Of a DNA stretch of 64,000 nt, positions 15,473-28,390 are shown one piece after another. Source of the stretch: the human T2T-CHM13v2.0 reference genome, Homo sapiens; the NCBI RefSeq assembly GCF_009914755.1, contig NC_060937.1; one strand, given 5' to 3'. The number at the start of each line of letters is the position of its first letter. The stretch's first letter is position 1. The notes under the pieces were generated by a model. It was not told the origin of the DNA. It made no database searches and worked only from the letters and a program-made list of their open reading frames with translations. The position numbers were made by a program, and so were the translations under genes.

Positions 15473-15891
15473 TGCTATGGTTTCAATATGGTTTGTTTGT
15501 CCCTACCAATTAGTATGTTGAAATTTGTTCCTCAGTGTTGGAGACGGGGCCTAATTAAAGGTGTTTGGGCCATGGGGGTAGATTCTTCATAAATATATTA
15601 AAGCTCTCCTGGGACAGGGAATGAGGGTTCTTACTCTATTAGTTACCACAAGTGTTGCTTGTTAAAAATAGCTCGACTCTTTCTTCCTCTCTAACCATAT
15701 GATCTCCACACACACCAGCTCCCCTTTGCTTTCTGCCATGAGTGAAAACAGATTGAGGTCTGCATCAGATGGAGGTGCTGATGCCATGCTTTTTGCAGTC
15801 TGCACAACCATGAGCCAACAAACCCTTTTATTCTTTATCAATTACCCAACCTCAGATATTCCTTTATAGTGGCACAAAGTAGACTAAGACA
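15473..15891 (+). mobile_element. MaLR MSTB-type solo LTR
   Basis: tgctatggtttcaatatggtttgtttgtccc...agactaagaca; 5-bp flanks gggga/ggcga. Confidence 0.9.
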
Positions 15892-16435
15892 GGCGACTGG
15901 CAATAGGAATAAAGAAACAATTAGATTATATTCAGGTAAATTTAAAAAATATTTCAAAAATAAAAATTGAATAACTTATCACAGTTTGGATTTAAGAAAT
16001 GAAGGAAAGGGATGAATCAAATTGAAGTCTGTAAGATTATCAAGGGAGCAAAGGTGCTGATAATGGTCAAGAAAAATAAATGTTAATATTTTGTGTACCT
16101 AACTTATAATATGCCAGCTTAAATTTTTCTTTATCAAGAAGTATAATGAATGTATAGAAGAATGCACAAATCATAAGCGTACAGTTTGAGTGATCAGAGA
16201 AAACACATCTGTGTAACCACCACCTTGGCCAAGTAACATTGCCAAACATCCAGCCTTGTGCCCATATCAAATCTCACCTCCTCTCTTCTTCTGTAAAGTA
16301 ATTACTGTCCTGACTTTCATACTACAGATTGATTTGCTCATTGTTAGTCTATAGAGAAATTAATATTATATAAATTAGTTAATGTACTCTTGTGTTTGAC
16401 TTATTTCAATCAATATTATGTTTGTAAAATTTGGC

Positions 16436-16443
16436 CACACACA

Positions 16444-16489
<46 letters not shown>
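16436..16489. repeat. (CA)n microsatellite
   Basis: Near-perfect CA run. Confidence 0.97.
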
Positions 16490-16494
<5 letters not shown>

Positions 16495-16542
16495 TATATA
16501 ATTTTTAAGGCAGGGTCTGCATCTGCATTCTTTGCTTTTTAT

Positions 16543-16852
16543 TGTTTTTGTTTGTTTGTTTGTTTTTGTTTAGAGACAGTCTCCCTCTGTCAACTAGGCT
16601 GGAGTGAAGTGGCATGATCAACTGCAGCCTTAACCTCCTAGGCTCAAACAACCCTCCTGCCTCAGTCCCCTGAATAGCTAAGACGACAGCCATGCACCAC
16701 CATACATGGCTAACTTTTTAATACAACTTATTGTAGAGACCAGGGTTTTGCTGCGTTGCCCAGGGTGGTCTCAAACTCCTGGCCTTAAGATATCGTCCCA
16801 CCTTGGCCTCTGAAATTGCTGGGATTACAGGCATGAGCCACCACACCCAGCC
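16543..16852 (-). mobile_element. AluJ with (GTTT)n tail
   Basis: Antisense Alu dimer ending 'gagccaccacacccagcc'. Confidence 0.92.
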
Positions 16853-19640
16853 ATCAGTCATATTTTTGTATGGAGCTTCCTTTATTTTATTTTTATTATC
16901 ACATAGAGCAATTTATATTTTTTCAACTTACTGTGGATCTTTGTTATCAGTTTGGACGTTTTATACAAAATGTTTCTATGAATATTCCCAACCAGTTCTA
17001 TTTGTATACTTGTGTTCCCATTTATGAAATTTCTATATCATTTATGTGCATGGATGTTTATATTTAACAGAAAATTTCAAATAGTGTTCCAAAATTTGTG
17101 TAACAATGTGCATTTTCTATCTGTTCTGTATTAAAATCCCACTTTCCTTTTGAAATGCATTTGCCTTCCTAAATATTTTTTTTTCTGAGACAGTTATATT
17201 ATCAGTATTTTTCAGACATACAGAAACTCTGTTATTCTAGGTGTAAGGATAAATCTAGTCCATGATTAGCAGCACATAATTAATTTAGTCCACCACATAT
17301 AGTTAATATTAAACAATATGAAAAAAGAAAAGGACATTAAATATTAAAGGACTAGGTACATTTTTGAAAATTTAAGACTTTACAGTTGAATATCCTAACA
17401 TTCAGTGAAAACTTTCTTTCTACCACTGAGCTTTTTAAAGCATTAAAAAGCAGCTGTCCAGAAGTTCAAAGTATTAAAGGAGGTTGTAAAGAGCTTTAGA
17501 TCAGCACTGCAGCCATTCACACATGAAATTTGAGAAGGCTTTTGTGGGCTGGATGTAGTAGGTAATTAATTTGGGAAAATTCCAGGGGTTAAGACCAGAT
17601 GAGTTGTTCTACTTTTTCTGGACCTGCTGCTGATGATAAATGGTTGAGAAGTTCTTGTTTGTTGACATTGTAAGAAACTTCCATAAGCTTCTGCCTCTCC
17701 AAGAGGAAAACTAAGAAGTCCTGTGCATTATGGGTTAAATTTCACACCATAATATCTTGGTTAACATTTTGCAATGTGGATTCTTTTAAGTGACAATTTT
17801 CCTACATAAGATGATGAAATTTCTAGCTCAGAGAAAAAGAAATTGGTTATCATAGAACTTTAATGAGACTGGTGGGGGTAAGTAACTAATGTACAATGTA
17901 TCATCATGTTCTTCTAAAGTAGCACTTAATCTAAAAACTATATATAGAATGGGACTCATAAGTCTTTAATATAAAAGTCAATGAGTATTGTTACTTAGGG
18001 AGAAAAAAGGCATTGGCTTCAAAATGCCAATGATTTAATGTCTGTGTTAGTGAGATACTAAAGAAAATATTGTTAAACTTCTATAGGAGATAATGTTTGT
18101 TTGTAAAATTACAAATATATCGAGTAAATTTCTACAGATTTATAAAAAATGATTATAAAATGTAGCTTAAATAGATATGACAGACCTGTGACTTTTGTCA
18201 TAATAACTTCTATTAAAAATATATTGCAAGTTCTAATGTCACATTTTCTAAGAAATTTGTTTAGAAACTGCAATTAAATAATTCAGAAATAATTAATTCA
18301 GAAGACAACCCATTAAATTATAACCCTCCCCACAGGTTAACTTGGTGCCAAATGTATTGTTTAATTTATCATTCTTAGTATTTTTAGATGGCCTCAAGGC
18401 AGGGAATGAAGTAATAATAAATAGGGAATAGTGGATAATTAGAGAAGGAAATGTGGAACAAAATTACTAAGGGCTTTAGGTGAAGTTCATTATTACTATT
18501 TAATAGTGCCCAAGAGCATTCGATCAAATTATGGATCAAGTTTTAAAGTGGGCTGAATGAAATCCTTGTGGAGGAGAGTTTTCTGCTTTTTTTTCCACAG
18601 AACTCAGCAAAAGTGTCATAAAATATCTTCAAAATCTCCTTCACAAATCATTATTGATCAAGTCTTATGAAGAATAACTTGGAGGAATTGTGTGTATGTT
18701 TTGCAGTTAAGGAAAACATATTAAGATAAGTGAGATTGCCTAAAAATGAAGAAAATGGGAGGGAGAGAGTGTATTCGAAGTGTCTGAGGTTGGCAATATA
18801 CTGTGTGCCCCACATACTGAGACCATTACGTGATTAGGCAGAAAGGCACTGCCTAAGCAGTGAGGTGACTGGGTAAGTGACATATTGCAGTACAGCCTGC
18901 AGGCCATTTAATGCATGGGAAAATCTTGCCTTTCTAACTGTAGAGATTTTCTCTTTTCTTTTGGCTCACCCTAGAATATCATATTTCCATTACTATTTCT
19001 GAAATAATGGAAATAAACTTTTAAAAGTGTACATGTATAATTTTTTTCTTATCTTGTTTCATTTCATTACCATAGTCATGATGCAACCTATAAATACTAA
19101 CCAGTCCATGTGTTACAAAGATTTTCCTCACTATTTTGTAAGTAAAGACAGTTTATTTAGGTAATAAGTTAGAGATATACAGTTTCTGTGGGCAGTACAC
19201 ACTAGGAAAGAAACATTTGTGGTTAGTGGAAGGTAAGTGTGTTAGGCTTGCTTGTTCAACTATATGGTGCTTCGTGCTCAGTGAAGTGGTTGGAAATTCT
19301 ATTGGGACTAATAATAATAGTCTTAATAATAACAATAGCATGTGCTTACTTCATGAATTTTAGAAAATCCATGCCTTATTTATGTACAACTTGACTAGTA
19401 ATGTTCATCATGGTACTTGGTAGGCTAATTAAAATATTTTGCCTTTAAATAAAATAAATAGCACTATTTCAAATTTTCTCTATAATAATTGCAGCTGCAT
19501 TGTTTAATATATTCATAAATTGATATGAAATTGATATGAAAATTATTTCATAGTTGTTGTATAACCTGTGGAAAAGATATTTTTGTTACTCATTTAAAAT
19601 GGTATTATTTTGAGGCATGAATTCTCAAAAATAAAAAGAG

Positions 19641-19940
<300 letters not shown>

Positions 19941-20224
19941 TAAAAATAGAAAAAAGTGGAAAATGGCATTGAGTACAAAATCTTAAGGCTAAATTACTCA
20001 ACTTTATCCATCTTTTATAAGTTGATAATCAGAGTGATTTGTTCAATGCAATCCCCTGACAATTTCTAAAATATTCACCTTTAATCAGATGCTGTGCTAG
20101 GACCTGGAGATAGTTAATCTCAGAACTCCAGGGATCCAAACTAATAGTAAAGATAGATACATATTCATTTGCTTTTAAACGATATGTTTTACAAAAGGTA
20201 TAAACAAAAGAGGTCATGAAAGAG

Positions 20225-21093
20225 CAATTGGGGAGGAGAAGGCTTTACAGAAGAGTTAATGTGTGAGCTGATCTTGAAGGACTTGGTTTATGTTTTTCCC
20301 ATTGAGAAAGGAGGGCAGAGATTCTAAGAAAGCATTAAAAAAAGATGCAACTCATTCACAGCATTGGTGAGAAGTTCAGTTGCTGGAGCATAGGGCACAG
20401 ATTGAGTAATGGGTGAAACTGAAGATAGGAAGAAAAGGTGGGCCCTAGTATGAAAATGTTATAATCCAATTCTAAAAAAAAAAGTGTCCATTTATAATGA
20501 GAAGTATGCGATGACTTTAAAGAGAAAATATCATGACTTTCTTTTTTTTAAAAAAAAGACTTAGATATATATAAAATGCATTATAAGGTAGAAAGGGGAG
20601 TTATAAGAATAGAAATATGATTATATTATATCAGATATGAGAATATATTATATTATGGTAAGAAAAATTTGAGCCTAGCGTATAAGATTGTTTGGAGCAA
20701 AACAATAATTATTAGAGATTTGACAGGTGTTTGTTATAGTCTTTTCAAGACAGACATGATGGTAGTTTGAAGTGAATTTACAGAATCTGAGCATGGATTA
20801 GTTGTATAACAGGGGTGGTGGGTCTTGAGGGCAGGTAGCAAAGCAAAGAACGACTTGAAGGTTTGAAATTGAAATTCTGAATGGACCTGGATAGCATTTA
20901 ATGTGATAGGAGAAACTATGAATGAAATATGAATATCTTTGTTCTACAGGGAGTTGAGTGGGGGGGATGAAGATAGTTAATTTTGAATATCATAAACCTG
21001 AAGCACTTCTTAATTATTCAGAAAAATGTGCAAATAATGCTTAATTGATTTTGTATTTAAATGAGTTAAAGGGACAGTGGATAAACAAACCTC

Positions 21094-21130
<37 letters not shown>

Positions 21131-21510
21131 CTTAAGATAAAGCTCATAAGACTAGATAAGGTTATCTAGGAAAAAGAGAAGAAGACAAGGACTGAACACT
21201 AGACCTGAGGTTCTCAGATTTTAAAGGTTGGGGAAAGGAAGAAATATCAATAAGAGAACTGAGATGTGTTGATGAGGTATAGAGAAGCTAAAAAAAAAGG
21301 ATCATGAGGGAGAGAATGATCAAACTTTTCAAATGATGAGAGTTTGGATAAGAAAGGTTTAGTAGAGTTTTGATGATAAAAGTCAAATTGAAATATGAGG
21401 TAGAGAAATGAGAAAGTCAAGATAGCAAATGTAGGTAACATTCTCCAGCTGTTTGGATATGATGGAAAACTGGAAAATGAGATGATAGCTAGAGGAGACT
21501 GTTGGGGCTT
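20225..21510 (-). mobile_element. L2 remnants
   Basis: Purine-rich 'ggctttacagaagagttaatgtgtgagctgatcttgaagga' and 'gaagacaaggactgaac', typical of antisense L2. Fragmented. Confidence 0.55.
21097..21128. repeat. (GT)16 microsatellite
   Basis: Perfect GT run. Confidence 0.97.
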
Positions 21511-21739
21511 TATATTGTTGATCTATAGTATTGCTCCTCTTACACAAATTCAAAACTAGTTGAGAGTTATATAGGGAATGAAATCAATGGAATGATAATT
21601 ATTGTTTGGAAACATTGTATTATTGGTATATTTTAGATTGGAAGATATGATTAAAGTATGCTTCCAAATGGACTTGTTAACTCTCTCTGCTTACTTCAAA
21701 TCCCACCTCCTCCAGAAAAAAAAAAAAAAAAGAAAAGGG

Positions 21740-22800
21740 ATGAAACTTTGATACAGGGCTCCCGACAGCAGGTTTGAATTGGCAATGCAAATATTCCAAA
21801 CTGTTTCTTGGTCCTGGTAGGAGAGGAGGAAAATCTCATGTGCTCACAGCCAAATACATTAGCTCCAACAGTCAGGAAGCCAGAGTGAAGATAAGATGCC
21901 AGAAATACAGGTCAGGGTAATGTATTTTCCCCATCCATACTCAGCATTATATTCTTTTGCCTGCTGGTCATAAATTTTGATCATCAGGGTTTAGTTATAC
22001 CCTTTGGAAGAATAAAACAAAGTCCATCCTGGCTATCCTGCTCCTACTTCCATCAGCTGCTTTTAAAACACCAACTACTTCTTGGTTAATTATCCTGGTT
22101 CCCAAAGGGGGCAGTGTAGAATCTGCCCTCAGGTGCCAAATACATTAAATTAATTATAATCCCACCATGTACCCAAGGCTGTACATTTACTTTTTATCCC
22201 ATTATCCATCCCACATATGTACAACTCACTCTATTAATTTGCCCAATTGTCTGCAATAAGATTAAATCATCTGAGAAAGGCAATGCTGGCAATATAAAAG
22301 TATCCCCTATATGACTAGGGGATACTTTATTACCCTGAAAGAGACAAAAGATATTTCTGTGTCTTCCTCTGCTACCGTCTCTCCTTCATTCATTCATGGC
22401 TCCTTATTTTTCCGGCCCAATTAACCTAAGACCAATTGCAGGACTGTACTCCAACAAAGTCAGGCTTATGAACCCAGCTCAGTGAGAGAGACTGCACACT
22501 GGAGAAACCATGAGATGTCTCCACAAAGGAAAAGATAAAGTTATTATAGAATTTGGGACAGGTAGAATTTAGGTGAAATCTAAGTGGAACAGTGTTTTGA
22601 TAGCATAAACCCAAAGCTTAGCTTGTGTAAAGGGGTCAATATGAGATCTGGGTTCAAAAGTGAGCCCATGATTCTGTTTCCATGGAAATTCAAAGTTAAT
22701 TTAAGTGTAGAATGGTGTGTCCACAAAAACCATTATCTACATCTCTGCACATGGACTGAAAATTGAAGCTGCTCTTCTGCATCAAAATAACTTAGATCCC
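21740..22800 (-). mobile_element. Possible degenerate ERVL/MaLR internal (pol-like) remnant
   Basis: Higher-GC block; the minus strand contains 'gaccaagaaacagtttg', which recalls the ERVL RT DQKQFAF region (frameshifted). No open frame. Confidence 0.3.
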
Positions 22801-23294
22801 CAGGAAAGAACGCCATATTTCATTCTTGCCTATGCTTTCAAACATCAGTGTTACTGATGTTATGATATTTAGGGAACGAAGTTTCTTGGTGATTAAGAAA
22901 TCAGTAGTCACTAAAGAAGATGGGTCCTTATGACACGTCACAGCTGCAGCATATTCTCATAGATATGCTTATTTTAACTTTGAGCTGGCCTTACTTATGT
23001 TTGTTATCCTAATGTAATGACAAGAAGGGCGAATTTTTACTTTCTCAGCATGAACTGATTTTTGTTTTCTTATTACAGACTTGTTACATGTAAGGATCTC
23101 TTCATTTATCATTTTCTCCATCTGGAATTGTCTTGCCTCACATATTCACACATGTCAAAACCCCTGAGTTTTCTCAAATTTCACTTTGTCAGTCCAGCTT
23201 TATCCTACCCAAAATTTCATCTGTCTCCCTGAAACGTATTTTCTACATCCTGTCATTATTTTTTTTCTCAATAGCCCTTACCAACAGTGAATAG

Positions 23295-23565
23295 TCATGT
23301 GAGTGAGCTTGGAAGTGGATCTTTTGGATTTTTGGATTTTCTGACTGCATCAATGAGTCAGATAATATAATATGATGCTAACATATTAGCATTCATATGC
23401 TAATATGTCATATAGATGACATACTAGCAGTGTGTTGAAAGACCCTGAGCCAGAGGCAGCCTGACTAGCTGCACCTGAATTCCTGGCCCACAGAAACTGT
23501 GAACTAATAAATGTTTAAAGTCACATACTTTTAGGATAGTTGATTATGCAGTGATATATTACTTT
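23295..23565 (+). mobile_element. MLT1F-like LTR 3' half with an internal palindromic insertion
   Basis: 'gtgagcttggaagtggatc...gaccctgagccagag...ttcctggcccacagaaactgtga..aataaatg'. Confidence 0.75.
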
Positions 23566-24689
23566 TACACTATTTAACTTGTTTTCCATTTGGCCAAACA
23601 GAATGTTAATCCATGGAATAAGTGATTTTGTATTGTTTTTACTGCTTTTTTCTTTGTCCTTAGAACTGGGAATGACACTATAATTGTATGTTAATATATA
23701 AACATACGGTTTCCAGGATTTGGTAGCCTGATAAGGAAATAAAATATGTAGTCTTAATATATTAAACTTTCCATCTAATATACGGGTAACTTGTCTGATC
23801 ACATAAGGGTTTATTTTACAAAGAAAGTCTAGTTAATTGTAGGCACCAAGAAAATAGCAGCCTAGAAATTAGTAATTCTTTTTAGCCCACATGACCCATA
23901 TTTTGAGTGGCCAATAATGCTTTGCTTTTTATTCAAATCAAGAACTAAGCAGCAGAGGAGTTCATCAGCTCTCCCTCAATTTTTCCTTTAACTCTTCCAG
24001 GTTATTTTAAAGAACAAGCCTCATATTATACAGTAGCATTTTCTGATAAATATAGTGATTTAACAATCACACAGTCCTGTTTAAACACAGGTTTTATTGG
24101 TCACAAATTTCTTGCTTAGCTACAACTATCAATTACCAAGCAAAGTGGTTTCATAAGTTGATGTATACTATAAAAAACAGCATACAATGTTGAAATTATT
24201 GTAAATATCAATAGGAGTGACCTATTGATGATGAGTCACTCCAGTTCTCTTATAAATCAAGCTTCTATATGTGTGAGGGGTTCTTTCTAAGACCTCCACT
24301 CAATTCAGTTAGTTAATTTTGCCACCCCAATGGCAACGTAAGCTATCTTACAAACATTGGCTTTATTACAAATCATAATGATTGTGGAAACAAGTCCTCA
24401 TTCTTTACAGTTCTTTAAAAGAGAGCATTTGCATATTCTTGGGCTTGGGTTTATTGGAAAAGGGTTGCCAAACGTGCCTCCCAAAATTGAGAATTTTGAT
24501 TGAAATGAATCTAGATATCAAATGGGAATGAAAAAGTCTAAAACATTAAATCTATCCTTACATCAACTTCTTGCAAATCTTTGATTCTAGACATTTAATA
24601 TTTTTGATGTTATAACTGATAAAACTATTTTAAAATATACGTTGTATTCTGTATTGGTAGTGAATTTAATTATAATTGACAGTAATACC

Positions 24690-25570
24690 CTTTATGAAGA
24701 GAAATCCTTAATTTCAATATTATTAAACTTAACAATTTTTGCCCTGTCATTTGTACTGTAGAAGTTGTACGCAAGAAGTTTCTTTTCTGCCTCTAGGACA
24801 CAATAAACATTTCCATCAGTTTCTTTATTAAATTTACAGTTCAACTTTCAACATTAAATATTCAGTAAATCTATGTTCTATCCTTGTATGTCTTGTTTGA
24901 TTACTTTTTTTGTTTGTTTGTTTTGTAAGAGTTAGGTTTCTTGATGCAACCTACTTAACCTCTTCATCTTTCCCCAGTGATTTATGGTAACATATTATTG
25001 TATATAAAATGGCCATATATATACCTGGTCTGTTTCTGGCTGTCTACTCTTTCAATTGGTTTATCTGTATGTTCTTGTACATCCCAAACATTAGCAAACA
25101 TACTATAGTATATTATAGTATGCCTTACTTGTTCTCTTTGAAGAATTGATTGGGCTTTTTGTGTATGCTTACACATCTCTATATATTTTAGAACAAATTG
25201 AAGGTTTTGTGAAAAAAAAACAGAACATTCTGGAATAGGAGTTGCATAGAATTTTCATAAACTTAAAAGTTAGAGGACATAATTGATGATATCCATTAGC
25301 AAAATGGATTATTATCTATAATATGCAAATAACTTTTTAAAATTAATAACAGAGATACATAAGTAATAGTAGAAAATGGATAAATTATATATGCTATTTA
25401 TGGAATAAACGGAGTCAATAAACATATAAAGAAATGCTTAAAATCATTAGCATTTAAAAATGCACATCAAAGCAATATTGGTATATCATTTGATACATCA
25501 ATTAGTGTCAAACTAGAATACCTGAAAATTCTATGTGTTGATGGGCATGTTTGAAATTGTAAAATGCCCC
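24690..25570. mobile_element. Old L1 (L1ME-type): antisense ~24690-25290, then sense ~25360-25570
   Basis: Antisense 'ggtctgtttctggctgtctactctttcaattggtttatctgt'; sense 'caataaacatataaagaaatgcttaaaatcattagc'. Confidence 0.55.
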
Positions 25571-27545
25571 TGGTCATGAAAATTTCTTTGAAATTCTCTC
25601 AGAAATCTAAATATGTTTTATGCTTAGCACAAAATAAGTGCTCAGTATATTGTGTTTACTAACTGCCTCAGGTTATCAAGCTCAAGAAAAATCACATTAT
25701 ATAGATATTTATCAACTTGAGCAGCAACACAACTATTATCTTACATTGCTCAATAAGGGTAATAATGCATGCAAATATTTTAAATGTTTTAAAATCCATA
25801 TTAAAATGAATTACTGAGGCACAGTTCACACACATACAGAGGTTATACGTACATTAATTTTTTGTATAGACATAAACAATATGAGGCAATTTTGCAATGC
25901 ATAAATAGTAGGGATGAGATCTATTGGAATCTTTTCTGTAAGCATTAAGGGAAATAGAACACATAAAAAAGGTACATTTATATCTCTTAAATATGATAAA
26001 TTTTTCCTCTCTTTGTCTCTGTTACCTTGGATAATTATTTATTGTCTTTACACATTTTAATATATTTTATATTTTATATTCAATCAAAACTCATTTTACA
26101 TTCTCCCTAGTGCATTATTTCTGTATAAGCACAATCAAAACCCTAAATTCAATTATCTTAAAGCAGCTAAAAAAACCTTCTTTCTTCACCATGGTAGACA
26201 TCTATGTCACTACATAGTGTGCAAGAGGCAGCAAAGAAATGAATATGGAATCTAAGTACAGGTCAGCGTGATATAGACTGCAGAAAAAATGGACATGACA
26301 AGAGGATGACAAGTCAAACAGAGTCGAAAGGAACTATGTAAAAATCAAAGCAGTAATGAATTGTACTAGGCACAGCCAGCCCCTGTTATCAATAGATGAA
26401 TTGAAATCCCTGGTTTTTTATTTTTTATTTTTTGAAGGGTAATAGTAGACAATGAAAATGATAAAACTGTGAAACTTAGTTCAGTAGTACAGGAAAATTG
26501 TACTACTCTGCCGAAACCTTTTTATTCTGACATCCATTTTATTTTGATGAATTTCTTCAGGTGTTCTCAGTCAAGAGTTTAATCTTCCAAAACTCTAATT
26601 ACTACAACTGCCAAGCCCCCAAAATAATATCTAATAATTATTATTTCTCCTAGTATACAGAATTATTTCAAAAATATTATTTCAGTTATTCCTTCAGACT
26701 AACTGATGTAGTAAGGTCAGGTACATATTGCTATCAGCAAACCTAAAATGTATTTTAAAAACTTAAGTAAGTTAGAAAAGATCTTTTAAAGAACAAAAAG
26801 ATGTGAATTAAAATTCAGTTCTTCTGACTCCAAACACTGTGTTGCTACTATATTTTTTTGTTCAACTTCAAAATGGGAAGCAATAATAATTTACAATTTT
26901 ATATTTCTGTCCTAATTAATTTTCAGTATTTAATGGGGTAAAGAGAATGGGGAACAATGTATTACAATGAAATCACTACAAAGTAACTACATTTTGTTTT
27001 AGTAAGATTATTTGCATGTCTTTTAAGAAATATTTATTGTGGTTTTATTGGCATACATATATGTATATATGTATTAATATATAAAACTCATAAAATTTGC
27101 TATTTTAATAATTTTAAGTGTAAATCAACACACACTGACATTAAATATATACACACATGTATATAATAACTACATGTAGTAATATGTCAAGACATCAATA
27201 TCTATTAAAAATACATATTGTTAATAAAGAAAATAATAAAAATAAATTAGAAAATTATTTAAAGACCAAATCAAAATGTAAATATAGAAAATGTAATAAA
27301 TGTGATTGAAAGGCTTAAAATCCTAATTAATAAGGGGCTTTAGAAAGACGACAAAAAAATTAGGAGGAAAAAATTTTAAAGTAATAACAGAAAATGTTCA
27401 GAGGTGAAAGACATACTTTTAGATTTGAAGGTTATACTAAATGACCACTATAAAAGTAAAACCAAAAAATTCTTATGAACTTTAAATATTAAGAATAAAA
27501 AGATTCTAAAAGCTCATTGAATGTTAAAAAAAAAAGGTCATTTAC

Positions 27546-27715
27546 TTGAGGAGAGTAGATTTTAAATGTTTTCACTACAAAAACAAGATATCTGAAGGCA
27601 TATGTTAATTAGGTCAATTTAGTTATTCCACAATGTATACATTTTTCAAAACAACATATTCCACAAGGTAAACATATACAATTTTTAAATTTATTAATCA
27701 AAATAAATAAATAAA
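27546..27715 (+). mobile_element. Short L1MA 3' end
   Basis: 'gagagtagattttaaatgttttcactacaaaa...ttccacaatgtatacat' plus A-rich tail; degenerate TSD ggtcatttac/tgttacttac. Confidence 0.75.
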
Positions 27716-27793
27716 TGTTACTTACAAAAGAAAGTAAGTAAATCTAAATCAGACTTTCCAATAGAAACACTGGAAGGCAGGAGAAATGGAACA

Positions 27794-28141
<348 letters not shown>

Positions 28142-28312
28142 TCAAAGTTCATGTTTTTATTTTATTACGATTTTAGGAAAAATGTAGAGGTTAGTGGTAT
28201 AGCATGTAAAATTATTAGTGTAACTATGAGAAAAGTTTAATAAATTAGAGAAGAAAATTTAGAAAAATATAGAGGAATCATATGTTTATCTAAAATTTTT
28301 GAGAGTTAAGAG

Positions 28313-28390
28313 ATGGCACATGTATACGTATGTAACTAACCTGCACAATGTGCACATGTACCCTAAAACTTAAAGTATAATAATTAAAAA
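28313..28390 (+). mobile_element. Ultra-short young L1 (L1PA2/L1HS non-Ta-like) 3' tip
   Basis: atggcacatgtatacgtatgtaactaacctgcacaatgtgcacatgtaccctaaaacttaaagtataataa plus A tail; TSD agagat. Confidence 0.92.

Larger units (their letters stand above)
16120..17200 (-). mobile_element. Old L1 (L1ME-type) 3' region, interrupted by (CA)n and AluJ
   Basis: 'aatgcacaaatcataagcgtacagtttga...tgtgtaaccaccacc' is an antisense L1ME 3' UTR. Confidence 0.65.

Noticed and set aside
26483-26507. 9-bp stem agtagtaca/tgtactact
   Set aside because: Isolated stems of this length are expected by chance in 64 kb of AT-rich DNA.
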